A stretch of 64,000 bases of DNA, from assembly GCA_004431415.1 (NCBI GenBank), contig QPMI01000400.1, positions 230,435-294,434 of the forward strand, given 5' to 3'. This document shows positions 39,283 to 50,317 of this stretch, in pieces; the first letter of the stretch is position 1, and each line of letters opens with the position of its first letter. Below the pieces are notes generated by a model. It was not told where the DNA came from, made no database searches, and saw nothing but the letters and a program-made list of their open reading frames with translations. This DNA comes from Cyanophora paradoxa CCMP329 (Eukaryota > Plantae > Glaucophyta). The position numbers and the translations under genes were made by a program.

Positions 39283-41026
39283 CTAATGGTGCGGGGAGAG
39301 GCTGGGGCCGATGGAGTGTGGCATGACGGGCGCGTCGCGGTGCGGCGCCGACATGTTGTTCGAGAGGAGCCAGGGCGAGAAGCTGCGCCCCGCCCGGGTC
39401 AGGCAAAGCAGCCGTTGAAACAGGGCGGCGGGGCGGGGCGGTCCCACCTGACGGCGTCGGTGACGGTGTCGGGGGACTCGCGGCGGGTGACGGTCGCGCT
39501 CTCCCACCCGTCGAAGCTGCGCACGAGGACGGCGTCCCACTCGGAGAGGCGGCGCGGGTCGGCGAGCTCCGCGAGCTGCAGGCCGAGCTTGTAGGCGACG
39601 ACGGGCTTGGCGCTCGCGCGCGTGAGGTCCGTGATGCGCAGGCCGCGGTTCTTCGCGAGGGTCTTCACGTAGAACTGCGCCAGGGCCACCTGGATGCTCG
39701 ACACGAAGGAGCGCGACACCAGGTGCTGCAGCACCTGCCGCGCAGGGCGTCAGTCGACGTCGCGGGGGCGGGGGCGGGTGGGCGCGCGGGGCGGGCGCGC
39801 CTCGTCCTCGATCTTGAGGGCGACGTCGGCGTTGACGGGGCCCGGGAGGGCGCGGCGGATGCCGAGGGAGCCGCCGTCGGCGATGCGCTTCACCTGGAGG
39901 CGCTCCTCGGGGTTCGAGGTGACGATCTCCAGCGGCTCCCGGACGGTGAGCTTGTACCCCGAGCTCTTCCGCATGATCTTCCGCATCTGGGCGATGAGCT
40001 CCTCGTAGCTGTGCTTCAGCGACACGTTCATCTTCAGCGGCTCGTCCAACCGAACCTGGCCCCGCCCCGCCCCGCCCGTCGGCGAACGCGGCGCCGGCGG
40101 CGGGCGGCGGGGCCAGCGCGGCGCACCTCGATCGCGCCCCGGACCTTCACGTCGACCGCAGACTCCAGCTTCAGCTCCTTGAGGCTGCCCCTCCCCGGCA
40201 GCTCGATCTCCCTCGGCTGGGACCGGCCGCGCTGGGTGAGCCGCGGCGGTGGGCGGCCCCCCCGCTCCGCCCCGCCCCGCGCACCATCTTGAGGCGGACG
40301 TTGTGGTTCTCGGGCGCCTCGACGCGTAGCGTAATGGGTCCCCGAACCTGGATGTCGGGGAACCGCAGGAGGAGGTCCAGCTGAGCCGGCGAGGCGGCCT
40401 GCGCCTGCACAACGCCCGTCGTCTGCTCGGCCGGGCCCGGCACACCAACGAAGTTCGGGAGCTGCACGGTCTTCCAGTCCAGTCCGTCGACGAGCGACAG
40501 CTGCGCCGGGGCGAGTTAAGCAAATCTGTGGCGAGAGGGTGCGGGCTATGAGGCCGCGGGCTGTGCGGTCGCGGGCTATCCAGCGCGTCGGGAGCCCGTG
40601 ACGGGATGGCAAGGCGTGAAACATACCTGGAATGGGAGCTTGTCTACTGTCAAAGAAATGTTATACAGAACGCCTGGAGCAGTCGCGCGTCAGCTCTGGA
40701 TTTCTTCCATGCGCGCGCCAATTAGCAAGTTCACGCACCCACTGCAACCTGCGCAGAATTGCAAAACTTCAGCTTGAAAGGGCTACCCGACATATTCTGC
40801 TTGTTGATGTGCTTCACCGCGTGCTGGGATCGATGGGGTCACATGGACATCGAGTCCGAACCTTCGGGGGCTTCGAACAAACCTTCACTGCGTCGTCGAG
40901 AACGTCGTTGAGGCCCGTTCGTTCCTGCGCTCGGAGAGGAACCGAAACTCCGGTATCCGCAGCCGCCTGCTGTAACAGTGCCACGGCAAGAACGAGAGCC
41001 GCCACGCCCAGCGCGGCGCGCGCCAT
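39283..41026 (-). CDS. Secretory-pathway protein resembling plant TUNICAMYCIN INDUCED 1 (TIN1)
   Basis: Signal peptide MARAALGVAALVLAVALLQQAAA. The core FPDIQVRGPITLRVEAPENHNVRLKMPREIELPGRGSLKELKLESAVDVKVRGAIEVRLDEPL and ERLQVKRIADG parallels the TIN1 motif order as recalled. Confidence 0.6.
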
Positions 41027-41350
41027 GGTGTTCTTTGTGCTCAGTCGATCTATGTCTCTCTCTTTCGCTGCACGGCTGCCGAGCTTGAGGGTTCCGTGTT
41101 CACTTGCTTTCGTCACCAGCTACTCTATGCGTACCCCCGGCTGCGTCCCCCTGGCCCCTGCGTTCGGCGCATCGGTTGCCAGAACTTCGAACGCGAGCGC
41201 GCTGAACGCGAGCGCTGCGATGATGCAGCTGCCAAAAAGTACTGGTGCATTGTGGTATTGACAAAAACATCAAAGGGATCGAGTCAAAAAAAGTCCAAAG
41301 AAGGGAAAAAGCAAAGCAGTCTCGACTAACGCAAAGAATACGCGACAGAG

Positions 41351-44337
41351 CTACTGCGAGGGCGCCGCGGCGGAGCTGGCGCTGCCGCGGCGGCCGGAGG
41401 GCGGGCGGGGGCGGGGCCCCGCGCTGGCCGCGCGGCGGCGCGGCACTGGGCCCGCCGACTGTGCGCGGCCGGACGCGGGGGCCGCTGCCGCCGCCTTCGG
41501 TCCAGCGCTGCCTGACGCCGGTCGGCCGCGCTGCACGGGAGCGAGAGGGGGCGGGCGGCCGACGCAGCAGTGCGGGAAAGGAGGGAGGATGACGATGCGG
41601 CGGGGGCGAGAGAGGGGTCGGCTTGAGGAGAGGCGCGGGCGGAAGGGGCGCGGGCGGAGGGGCGCGGGCGGAAGGGACGTGCGGGAGGCCGGGCCCGGCG
41701 AGGTCCTCGCGGGGACCGGCTCGAAGAGGCCGTGCCGGGGTTCGGGGACGGGCGGCGGGCCGGTCGGGGCCGGGGGGGCGGGCGGGGGCGGGGGCGGGGC
41801 GGGCTGTGGGGCGGGGCGGGCGGGCGGGGCGGGGCGGCGGGCTCGAGGGCGTCGGCGAGGAGGAGGTCGAGGGGCCGGGGCCCGAGAAGAGCCGCTGGTA
41901 GCGCGCCACCGTCCCCCGCCGCGGGTACACCACCTCGAAGCCGCCCCGCCGCTCCATCTGCCCCCGGCCCGCCCGCCCCGTCACACGAGGCCGCCGCGCG
42001 CGCGGGCGGGGGCGGGCCTCGCGGCGGATCTCGAGGACGGCGCGGCGCTCCTCGGGGCTCGCCGCCGCCAGCCGCATCTTTGCCAGCGGCGTGAGGGCCA
42101 CGGGCCTGCCGCGAGGGTCGGCCCCGTGCCGGGCCAGGCCAGGGCGGGGGGGTGGAGGGCCTGGCGGGGAGGTCGGGGCGGGGCGGGGCGAGGGCGAGGA
42201 TGTTGAGGAGGTCGGCGTAGACGCGGGGCTTGACCTGCTTGTCGAGGACGGTCGGCAGGTCCAGGGAGGGCGCCCCGTTGCACTCCAGCAGCAGCGGCCG
42301 CAGCCGCCGGTCCAGCATCACGTCCACCCCCAGCATCTGGAAGCAGTTCCCCCGCCCCGGCACGTGCTTCCTCACCGCCGCCGCCACCGTCGACTCGGCC
42401 GCCAGCACCGCCTGCCCCGGCTCGGTCAGCGGCGGCGGGGCGGGGCGGGGCGCAACGCGGGGCGCGGGCCTTGACGACGACGTCGGCGAGGGAGGCGCGG
42501 AGGCGGTCGACGTCGACGCCGTGCTTGCGCATGAAGCGCCACAGGCCGCCCAGGTTCCACTTGCTCCCGACGTCGTCCCGGCTCGGGTCCTCGTTCTCCA
42601 CGAAGTTCGGCGACCGCGACTGCAGCGTGTAGTTCGTCAGGTGCTGCCCCCGCCGTCAGCCCGCACGCCTCGTGCGGCCGGCACCGGGGCCGGGGCCGGG
42701 GCCGGGGCGGGGGACCATGAAGGTGTTGGACGCGTTCTCGCGGCCGCGCTTGTACTTCTGCGTGCAGAAGCGCACGAGGCCGTCCTCGTGCAGGTAGACC
42801 ACCAGGGGCTCCCAGCTCGCCACCAGCGCGTAGAGCCGGAGGTCGAACTTGTAGCCCCGCACGAGGTACGGGTCGTCGATGTAGCGCTGCACGACCCGGT
42901 CCCCCGGCGGCATCGCCGAGAGCCTGCCGCGCCGCCGCCTCGGCGCCCGTGCTCGCGGCGGGGGCGGGCGGCGGCGGACGTGGAGAAGAGGCGGATGCCG
43001 TGGCCCCCGTAGGAGTGCTTGGGCTTGGAGATGAAGAGGGTGCCCGGCGGCTCGCGCGCGTGCGCCGCCGCGAACGCCGCCTCCTCCTCCGGCAGCACCT
43101 GAGTTGGTCCCGCCGTCTCAGCGGATTCGGGGACTGCGGCGCGGGGCGCGCGCGCACGAAGCTCTCCGGGAAGAGGCCGCCGTACTCCTCGGGGAAGGCC
43201 GCCTTCATTCGGTTCAGGTGGGCGTAGAGCGTGTCCTTCTTCCGCAAAACGCCCATCCCTTCGCAGCGTTCAGCCCAACCGCCCCCTTCGCCGCCAGGAC
43301 CCGGCGGGGCGGCGACCCGCCGGCGTCACCTGGGAAACTGTTGGTCTTCTGCAAGGGTTTCAGGCGCTCGTAGCACTTGTTCGCTGGAGGCCACGGGCGT
43401 CAGCGGAGAGCGGCGCATCCGAAAACGGCTACTCGAGCTTGCCCAGCTGAGTCCTGGACCAGAGGAGCGTGTACTTCGTGCCCTTCTCGATGCGCTGGTA
43501 GCCGAACTGCTTCATCAGGCTCTTGACGACCCTCGCGTTGGCCTTCTCGTGGCCGAGAAGCTTGTACACCATTAACGGCCCCGGGCCGGGCTTTGAGCTT
43601 GCGCCAGTATCCGCGTCCTCCGGCTCGAGCGCTGCCGCACGCAGTGCTCCTCGGCTCACAGCTCGCCTGGCACGAGCGCGAGCGCACCGTCGGGCTCATC
43701 GATGTCCTCTGCTTCGTCATCTTCCTCTGCCGCCGCATCGCGCGCCACCCTCTCCTCCTCATCCTCCTCGGCCCACGCCGTCGACCGCCGAACGGCCGGC
43801 ACTTGGCCGCGCTCCATTCTACGCTGTCAGCAGTTCGATGCAGGGTTCACAAGTGTGGCACGTGAGCATGCTGACCAGCAGGGACGTCAACTGAAGCTCA
43901 AGCTGGCTGCAGGTCCAAGAACCGGCACGTCAACTGGGCACCCACATGCGTTGATCACGATCGATCAGCCGGTGAAGCTGTAGGGCTCGGAGCAAGGCCA
44001 CAGCAGGCTGCAGGCTCTCAATCAAGCTCTGACGGCTGCAGATCCGGGGTACAACAAACTCAAACTGCCACAAACCTCCGGACTACGCACGCAGCAGCCA
44101 CGCAGCAACAGTTCTAGTACTGGTAGGCAACCTGCTGGGCGGCTCCAAGTTCTGCAGCAGGCGGGCGGTATGCAGGGGCTGGTCGCCAAGTACGGTGTGT
44201 GCAAAGAACGATCCGCGCGGTTCGCAGTGAATGCATTCTCACTCGTCGAGCGCAGGTTTCTGGAGCGGCAGGTGCGGGAGCAGGGTGCCTGACTTCGCGC
44301 CGACTGACTCTTTCTGGTTAGGCTGACGCGCAGGCAT
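41351..44337 (-). CDS. Tubulin-tyrosine ligase-like (TTLL) polyglutamylase
   Basis: FISKPKHSYGGHGI, VVQRYIDDPYLVRGYKFDLRLYALV, YLHEDGLVRFCT, MHLTNY, GSKW, CFQMLGVDVMLD, LLECNGAPSL. The 5' exons and start are approximate. Confidence 0.88.
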
Positions 44338-46539
44338 ATCACGTCACAGAGCAGCGGCGGCACCTACAGCATCACGTACAAAGAGTGAGTCGCCTCGCGA
44401 GTCGGGCCCTCCAGCCGTGCGCGGGCACGTATGCACGTATGCACTTATATATATACATTCCGCATTCCAGCAAGAACGATCGGGACAAGGTCGTTGTTCT
44501 ACAGGGGAAACCGTGGATATTTAATGGCCAAACGCCACTTCCCCAGGGCTTCGCCAGCGGGTGCGCTCGAGGCCTAGGGTGTGAGAGACGCGCGGCCAGT
44601 GGTTCATAGCTATCGAATAGAGACTCTCACGCGCGGCACTAGGTCGAGCGCTAGCTCTCGTTGAAGAGGGCCGAGATGCCTTGCGCATGCGCCGCACCAG
44701 CTTGACTCAGTGACTCGGGGGACAGGTTCAAGTTCAAGTCCGGGAAAGGGAGGTGCCACATCATGTTCTGTGAGACCGAGGAGGACGCGGAGTGCTGGGT
44801 GCGCTACCGTGCACTCTCAGCCAGCCTCGCTAGCGCTGCCGCTACCGGGCGCCTTCCGATGTCGCGCCCCAGGTGAAGGCCCTCGGTGGGAACGTGAACA
44901 CCGTCCTGCGATAAACCTGGATTCGCTTCGATTCTGTACAACCCGCAGAATGTCCGGCGCGCGCTCCGACACGCTTCGTGACCTCCCGTCTCTAATTTCC
45001 TCTAGATCTCCGGCTCATTCGTCTCGAGCACTCGCTGGCGCCAGATCCAACTTCTACGTCTAACGTCCCTTGACCTTCTCTTCATGTCTCTTGGGTCTGA
45101 CAGCCTGGCCCAGCGTAAGGCAGATGTTAATGTCGTATACGTACCATGTACTTCGAGAAACATGCAGGCTGCAGACAGAACGTCTACAAGCTAGACGGAT
45201 CTCAACTTTGGGGCTCCAGTTCGTGGGATTGGACCACGAGTGGCGCCCAGCCCGCCATCCACCGCCGGAGCGGCTTCGGTCGGCCGAGCACGGAAAGGCC
45301 CCCTTGAGGGAGGGAGTACTCCCCCCCGCGGCCGGCACCTAGGTGGAGTGCCGAAGATTGCAGCACCGGTGGATCGGGAGGCGACGGCCGCCCGCGGGGG
45401 GGAGCCTGCGCACGGCGGCGCGCGCGCGAAATCAGATCATGATCAAATATTAATCAGAATTTAAAGAAGAAAGTTCGCACCCGACACGGCGCCACGGGAG
45501 GTGGCGCGCTGCTGAACTCAAAGCGCTGCTGAGCGCGGCGCGAGCTGCGAGCGCGCGCGCGACGAGGTCAGGAATATTACGCGCGCGCGCGAATTAACAC
45601 TAGGAGAAACCGGGCCGTTTCAGCAAGTCCTGAAACCGAGAGTTCTCGGACAACTCTGTGTCTAGCCGGACTTTTTTTCCACTTCGTTCGCACTCTGGAC
45701 AGAAAAGCCGGAAGTTCAAGAACTCTGTGTCTCCAGGTAGAGAACTTCCTTCCGAGTCGCCCGCCAGTTGTCCATAGCGCAATGACACAGAGAACTGGGG
45801 CAGCAATCGTCGGCCGGAGCGAGGCACAGGGCGCTCCGGGAGCAAAGGCAACCATCCGAGGCAGCTTCTAGGAGTTCATAGCTTCGATTGGCGGCGCCCA
45901 CAGCGCTCCAGAGCTCAGCGGCTCGGTTGCGCGACGACTGGCGCGACGAGTCTACCCACGTGCTTCCGAACGCTGGCTATAGGTTAGTTACTCCATCATG
46001 TTTGTTGCAATGTGCGCAAGCCGCGCCGTGCTTCCCGATAGGTGTGCCGCCGCGCGCCTCATAGGCAGCGCGCCCGCGGCGAGCGCCAGCGCTAACACTC
46101 TGTATCGACAGCGTTCGTGCCGGTAAAGCAAGCGGATTTCCCCCGGCGCGGCGGCGCTGCTTTTCGACTCCCCAGACTGCAGCCGGCAGCTTGGCAGCTG
46201 CCAGCAGCAACGAAAGCAGCTGCGCGGTGCGCTGTTTTTGAATGGTAACTCGAGCACAGCCTTCGAATGGTGACTCGAGCACAGCCCCGCACGGCTACGG
46301 ACGGACGCGAGCCGGCCGCGGGCTCGCTGGCTCAGCAATCAAGCGACGCAAGGCGACTGGCAGAGGCGACTGCTCTTCGTGCTCTTCGGTCAGCACGGCG
46401 CCGCTCAAAGCGGGACTGCTGCTCAAGGCTTGCGGCGAGGGCGGCGGCGGCGAGGCTTGCCGCTCAGGGCGGAGGCGCGGCAGGCGGCAAGGTGCGCAAG
46501 GTGCGGACTTGCCGCTCGCGAGCCTCGGAGCGGCGGCCG

Positions 46540-47880
46540 GCGGCGCGGCGGGCGGGGCGAAGGCGCGGCGGGCGGAGGCGCGGCGGGCTGTGCGGCTCGC
46601 CACGCGGGGCGAAAGCGCGGCGGGCGGCGGCGCGGCTTGGTGGGCGCGGCGTAGACGCGGCAGGCGGCGGCACGGCAGACGCGGCACAGCTCAGGCGGCT
46701 CGGCGGCGCGGCTCACCGGCCTGGGCGGACGCGTGGCCCGGGGGAGGCGGCGCCGCGGCTCGCTGGTCGGGATGCAAGCGCGGCAGGCGACGACGCGGCT
46801 GGCTGGGCGGGACCAAGGCGCGGCGGGCGGCGACGGGACTCGCCGGGCGGGGCGGCGGCGCGGCGGGCGGCGACGGGACTCGCCGGGCGGGCGGCGGCGC
46901 GGCGGGCCGCGGCGGGGCTCGCCGGGCGTGGCAGGAAGCGCTGCGGGCGGCGGCGTGGCTCTCTGGGCGGGGCGGAGGCGGGGCGGGCGGCGGCACAGCT
47001 CGTCGGGCGCGGCAGGAGCTTGGCGTGCGGCGGCGCGGCTCGCCGCACGGGGCAGGGGCTCGACAGGCGGCGGCGCGGCTCGCCGCACGGGGCGGGGAGC
47101 TCGGCGGGCGGCGGCGCGGCTCGCCGGGCGGGGCGGGAGCTCGGCATGCGGCGGCGCGGCTCGTCGGGCGGGGCGGAGGCGCGGCGGGCGGCGGCGCGGC
47201 TCGTCGGGCGGGGCGGAGGCGCAGCGGGCGGCGGCGCGGCTCGCCGCACGGGGCAGGGGCTCGACAGGCGGCGGCGCGGCTCGCCGCACGGGGCGAAGGC
47301 GCGGCGGGCGGCGGCGCGGCTCGTCGGGCGGGGCGGAGGCGCGGCGGGCGGCGGCGCAGCTCGCCGGCCGGGCGGAGGCGCGGCCGGCGGCGGCGCGGCT
47401 CGTCGGGCGGGGCGGAGGCGCGGCGGGCGGCGGCGCGGCTCGTCGGGCGGGGCGGAGGCGCGGCCGGCGGCGGCACGGCTCGTCCGGCGGGGCGGGAGCT
47501 CGGCATGCGGCGGCGCGGCTCGCCGGGCGGGGCGGAGGCGCGGCGGGCGGCGGCGCGGCTCGTCGGGCGGGGCGGAGGCGCGGCGGGCGGCGGCGCGGCT
47601 CGCCGGGCGGGGCGGAGGCGGCTCATGCGGCGGCGCGGCTCGTCGGGCGGGCGGAGGCGCGGCGGGCGGCGGCGCGGCTCGTCGGGCGGGGCGGAGGCGC
47701 GGCGGGCGGCGGCGCGGCTCGTCGGGCGGGGCGGAGGCGCGGCGGGCGGCGGCGCGGCTCGTCGGGCGGGGCGGAGGCGCGGCCGGCGGCGGCGCGGCTC
47801 GTCGGGCGGGGCGAAGGCGCGGCCGGCGGCGGCACGGCTCGTCCGGCGGGGCGGAGGCGCGGCCGGCGGCGGCGCGGCGG
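46540..47880 (+). repeat. G-rich 40-bp tandem minisatellite inside the CACTA element (roughly 30-35 copies)
   Basis: Consensus GGCGCGGCTCGTCGGGCGGGGCGGAGGCGCGGCGGGCGGC. Exact 40-nt periodicity at 47670-47880, degenerating leftwards. Confidence 0.92.
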
Positions 47881-48002
47881 GGGCCTCGACGGCTCGTTAG
47901 AGCGTCAGCGCATGTTGTTTTAATGTATTGCTTCATTGCTACTGTAGTACGCGAGATTGTGCACTGTGGCTCGCCGGCGCGGGCCGAGCGCCCCGGCTTC
48001 AT

Positions 48003-48028
48003 TATCATGATCATGATCATGATCATGA
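48003..48028. repeat. (ATCATG)n self-complementary microsatellite
   Basis: tatcatgatcatgatcatgatcatga; shorter copies at about 4070, 19207, 19310, 20337-20368 and 45436. Confidence 0.8.
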
Positions 48029-48924
48029 GGGGGCCCGGGGCCGGGGTAACAGGAGCCTCGGAGGGAGCCCCCGAGGCGGATTCTAGTCGTTTAGAGGGCC
48101 ATTAATCAGGGAATGATTATCTTAATCAGCGCTCGGGGCCCCTCCATAGTGCGGCACTATCAACTTTTTGGCAATAGTCGTGGTAATGACGTTTTGCAAC
48201 TTCCAAGTGAGAAGTTGGTTAAGACGTTTCTAACTTAGTAGTAAGATTCAACATCATCTCGATAGGGCGGCACTATGCCCCCAGCTACGAACTTTTGAGA
48301 GCAGACCAGAATGATTATTTTCTTTCATAAAATAAGTCGTTAATCATGACAGCTTGCGTTGGCGGCTCCGCCGTGCATCATGACGCGTGTATCATGAAGC
48401 GCACGTGTCAGCACGCGGCGCGAGCCGCCGGGAGGCGACGGAATCCTGGCTTTTAGATCATTATGCTTCGACAAGAGGCTTGCTCCCCCCCGGGGGAAGC
48501 TTGGGCGTAAAGATTGCGGCGACGGCGACCCGCGAGGCCCTCAAGCTCGGCGGCCGGAGGCCCGGGCGACGCGCTGAGGCTTTAATTGATCGATGATCAA
48601 TCATTGCCGTGACCCGCTCACGCCACGGCCCGCCGGGCGGCCCACGGCCCGGCCCACGCCTGTGCGCGAACAGCTCGGCTCGCGCGCTCGAGCTCGTACG
48701 TGCGCTCGGGCACTACACGTGCACGCTGCTCATCGTGCACGCTGCCAGCTGTCCATGGAGACTGTTTCTTAGCTGTCTGCAGCCCAGCGCTTGCGGTGTA
48801 GCCCGCTGTGTGGGGTAGACAATTGCAAACGGCCAGCAGGTTCGAAAAAAGCGCCCGGAGTGCTTCTACCGCGCGCTCGAGCTCGTGCAGCCTGGGCGTG
48901 CTGTTGTGTCTTGCTCACGCGCAG

Positions 48925-50317
48925 GGAGGCAGCGTCGGCAGAGCCGGAGACCACGCTTTCAGCAGACCAGGTTCAACGGCCTGTCCTCAGCGGGTCGCCA
49001 AGCTCTCATGGGCTTTTTGCTTTGTAGGAAGCTCTAGCAAGCGGACGACGTCCTCGCCAAGCGGTGAGCGGCTTTTTCCGCCGTCTCTCAAGGTTCGCCC
49101 AGGCGACCGCCGCGTAATCCTTGCCCTCAGAGGCGCAGCGCTCGTCATACGTGTTCTCTGTGCTTATCACATTGTGCAGGTGTGGTCCTCAAACTCGCGC
49201 CGAAGCCATGGGCGACGATGCTGCGCCGACCAACAAGGACAAACTCACACACAAAGCCAGAGATGGGGGCCTCGCTGGAGATCAATGACGTACGCGCTGC
49301 TGCCATGTTCTCTGTAAGCCTGATGTGTATTTGCAGCCCGCGCCGAAGCGCCCCAGGAGAATGCGACGCCGGGGCAGGACGCCCGTGCTGGATCCGCGAC
49401 GCCCTGCCACTGGCCATGGGGAACTCCTCTACAGCACGACGGTGCGATGTTGCCCCGAAGAATCTAGATGCGCGCGCTTCCCTCCTGTCTGTTCTTTGAT
49501 GGGCCTTGCTCCACCTTCATTTGATCTGACTTCTGCCCAGGAACCTGTGGGCTTCGGCGCGGTTCACATGCTTCAGCCCATTCTCAAGAGCGGTCTGAAG
49601 GTGCGGATCTTCGCGCCGAAGCCCTACGAGGACGGCTTCTTCTTCGTTGGGTACGGCAAGGTTTGGACGAAGGTACGCCAAGGCCACTGACGACTGTACC
49701 CCCCTTCCCTCGACGGATACCTCGCTTTAGATACCCCCCAGCCCTCTGAATGCTCTAGCTCAAGATAAGTGTACATTCGCGCTCCGCCCCCGCTGGGCCC
49801 CCAGGGGGTACGGCCTTGCTGGCGCTCTTCGAAGAGGTTCCCCCTGGTAGCTGGGGAACCTCTTAGAATGGCGCCAGCTAGCACGTATCCCCCACACAGG
49901 GTCTGGCGGGCGGCCTAGACATAGATCCCTGTACCCCTAGGAGAGCACTAGGGTCACCTCGTTCCTTTTCATTGTACCCTCGTAGGCCTGCTTCTGACCT
50001 CCTACGGCAGTTTGATAACGCCGGAGACAACATGGACTACGTGAAGCTGTCAACGTTCGAGAGCAACAAGCCCGACGACGCGGCTTTGGAGATTCAGGTG
50101 CCCCCTCGTTATTCCAAGCTCTCAGGCCTCGCTCATTGTCTGGCAGGTCACACGTAGGACGGCTCTGGGGGCAGCGCTAGCTGCAGGCGGCGGACCGGTA
50201 CCGGGCTGCGGACGGGCGGCGGACGGGCAGCGAACCAGGCGGCGGACCGGGCGGCGGATCCGGACGGGCAGCAGACGGGCAGCGGCTGTAGCGATAGCGG
50301 TAGGCGCTGAGCGGTAG
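48925..50317 (+). CDS. Spliced orphan ORF carried by the CACTA element, possibly a TnpA/ORF2-like remnant; 5' end unresolved
   Basis: Exons 48925-48970, 49028-49063, 49180-49289, 49337-49441, 49541-49672, 50011-50097 and 50147-50317 join in phase through GT-AG introns with no stop: ...INDPAPKRPRRMRRRGR...LKVRIFAPKPYEDGFFFVGYGKVWTKFDNAGDNMDYVKLSTFESNKPDDAALEIQV... Confidence 0.5.

Noticed and set aside
46240-46290. 25-bp tandem duplication GAATGGT(A/G)ACTCGAGCACAGCC
   Set aside because: Only two copies; most simply a local slippage event with no further structure.
46540-47880. CRISPR-like array
   Set aside because: Units are head-to-tail with no unique spacers, there are no cas genes, and the context is eukaryotic.
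46242-48105. Long overlapping Arg/Gly/Ala/Pro ORFs on both strands (up to 612 aa)
   Set aside because: They overlie a stop-free 40-bp GC satellite whose period is not a multiple of 3.
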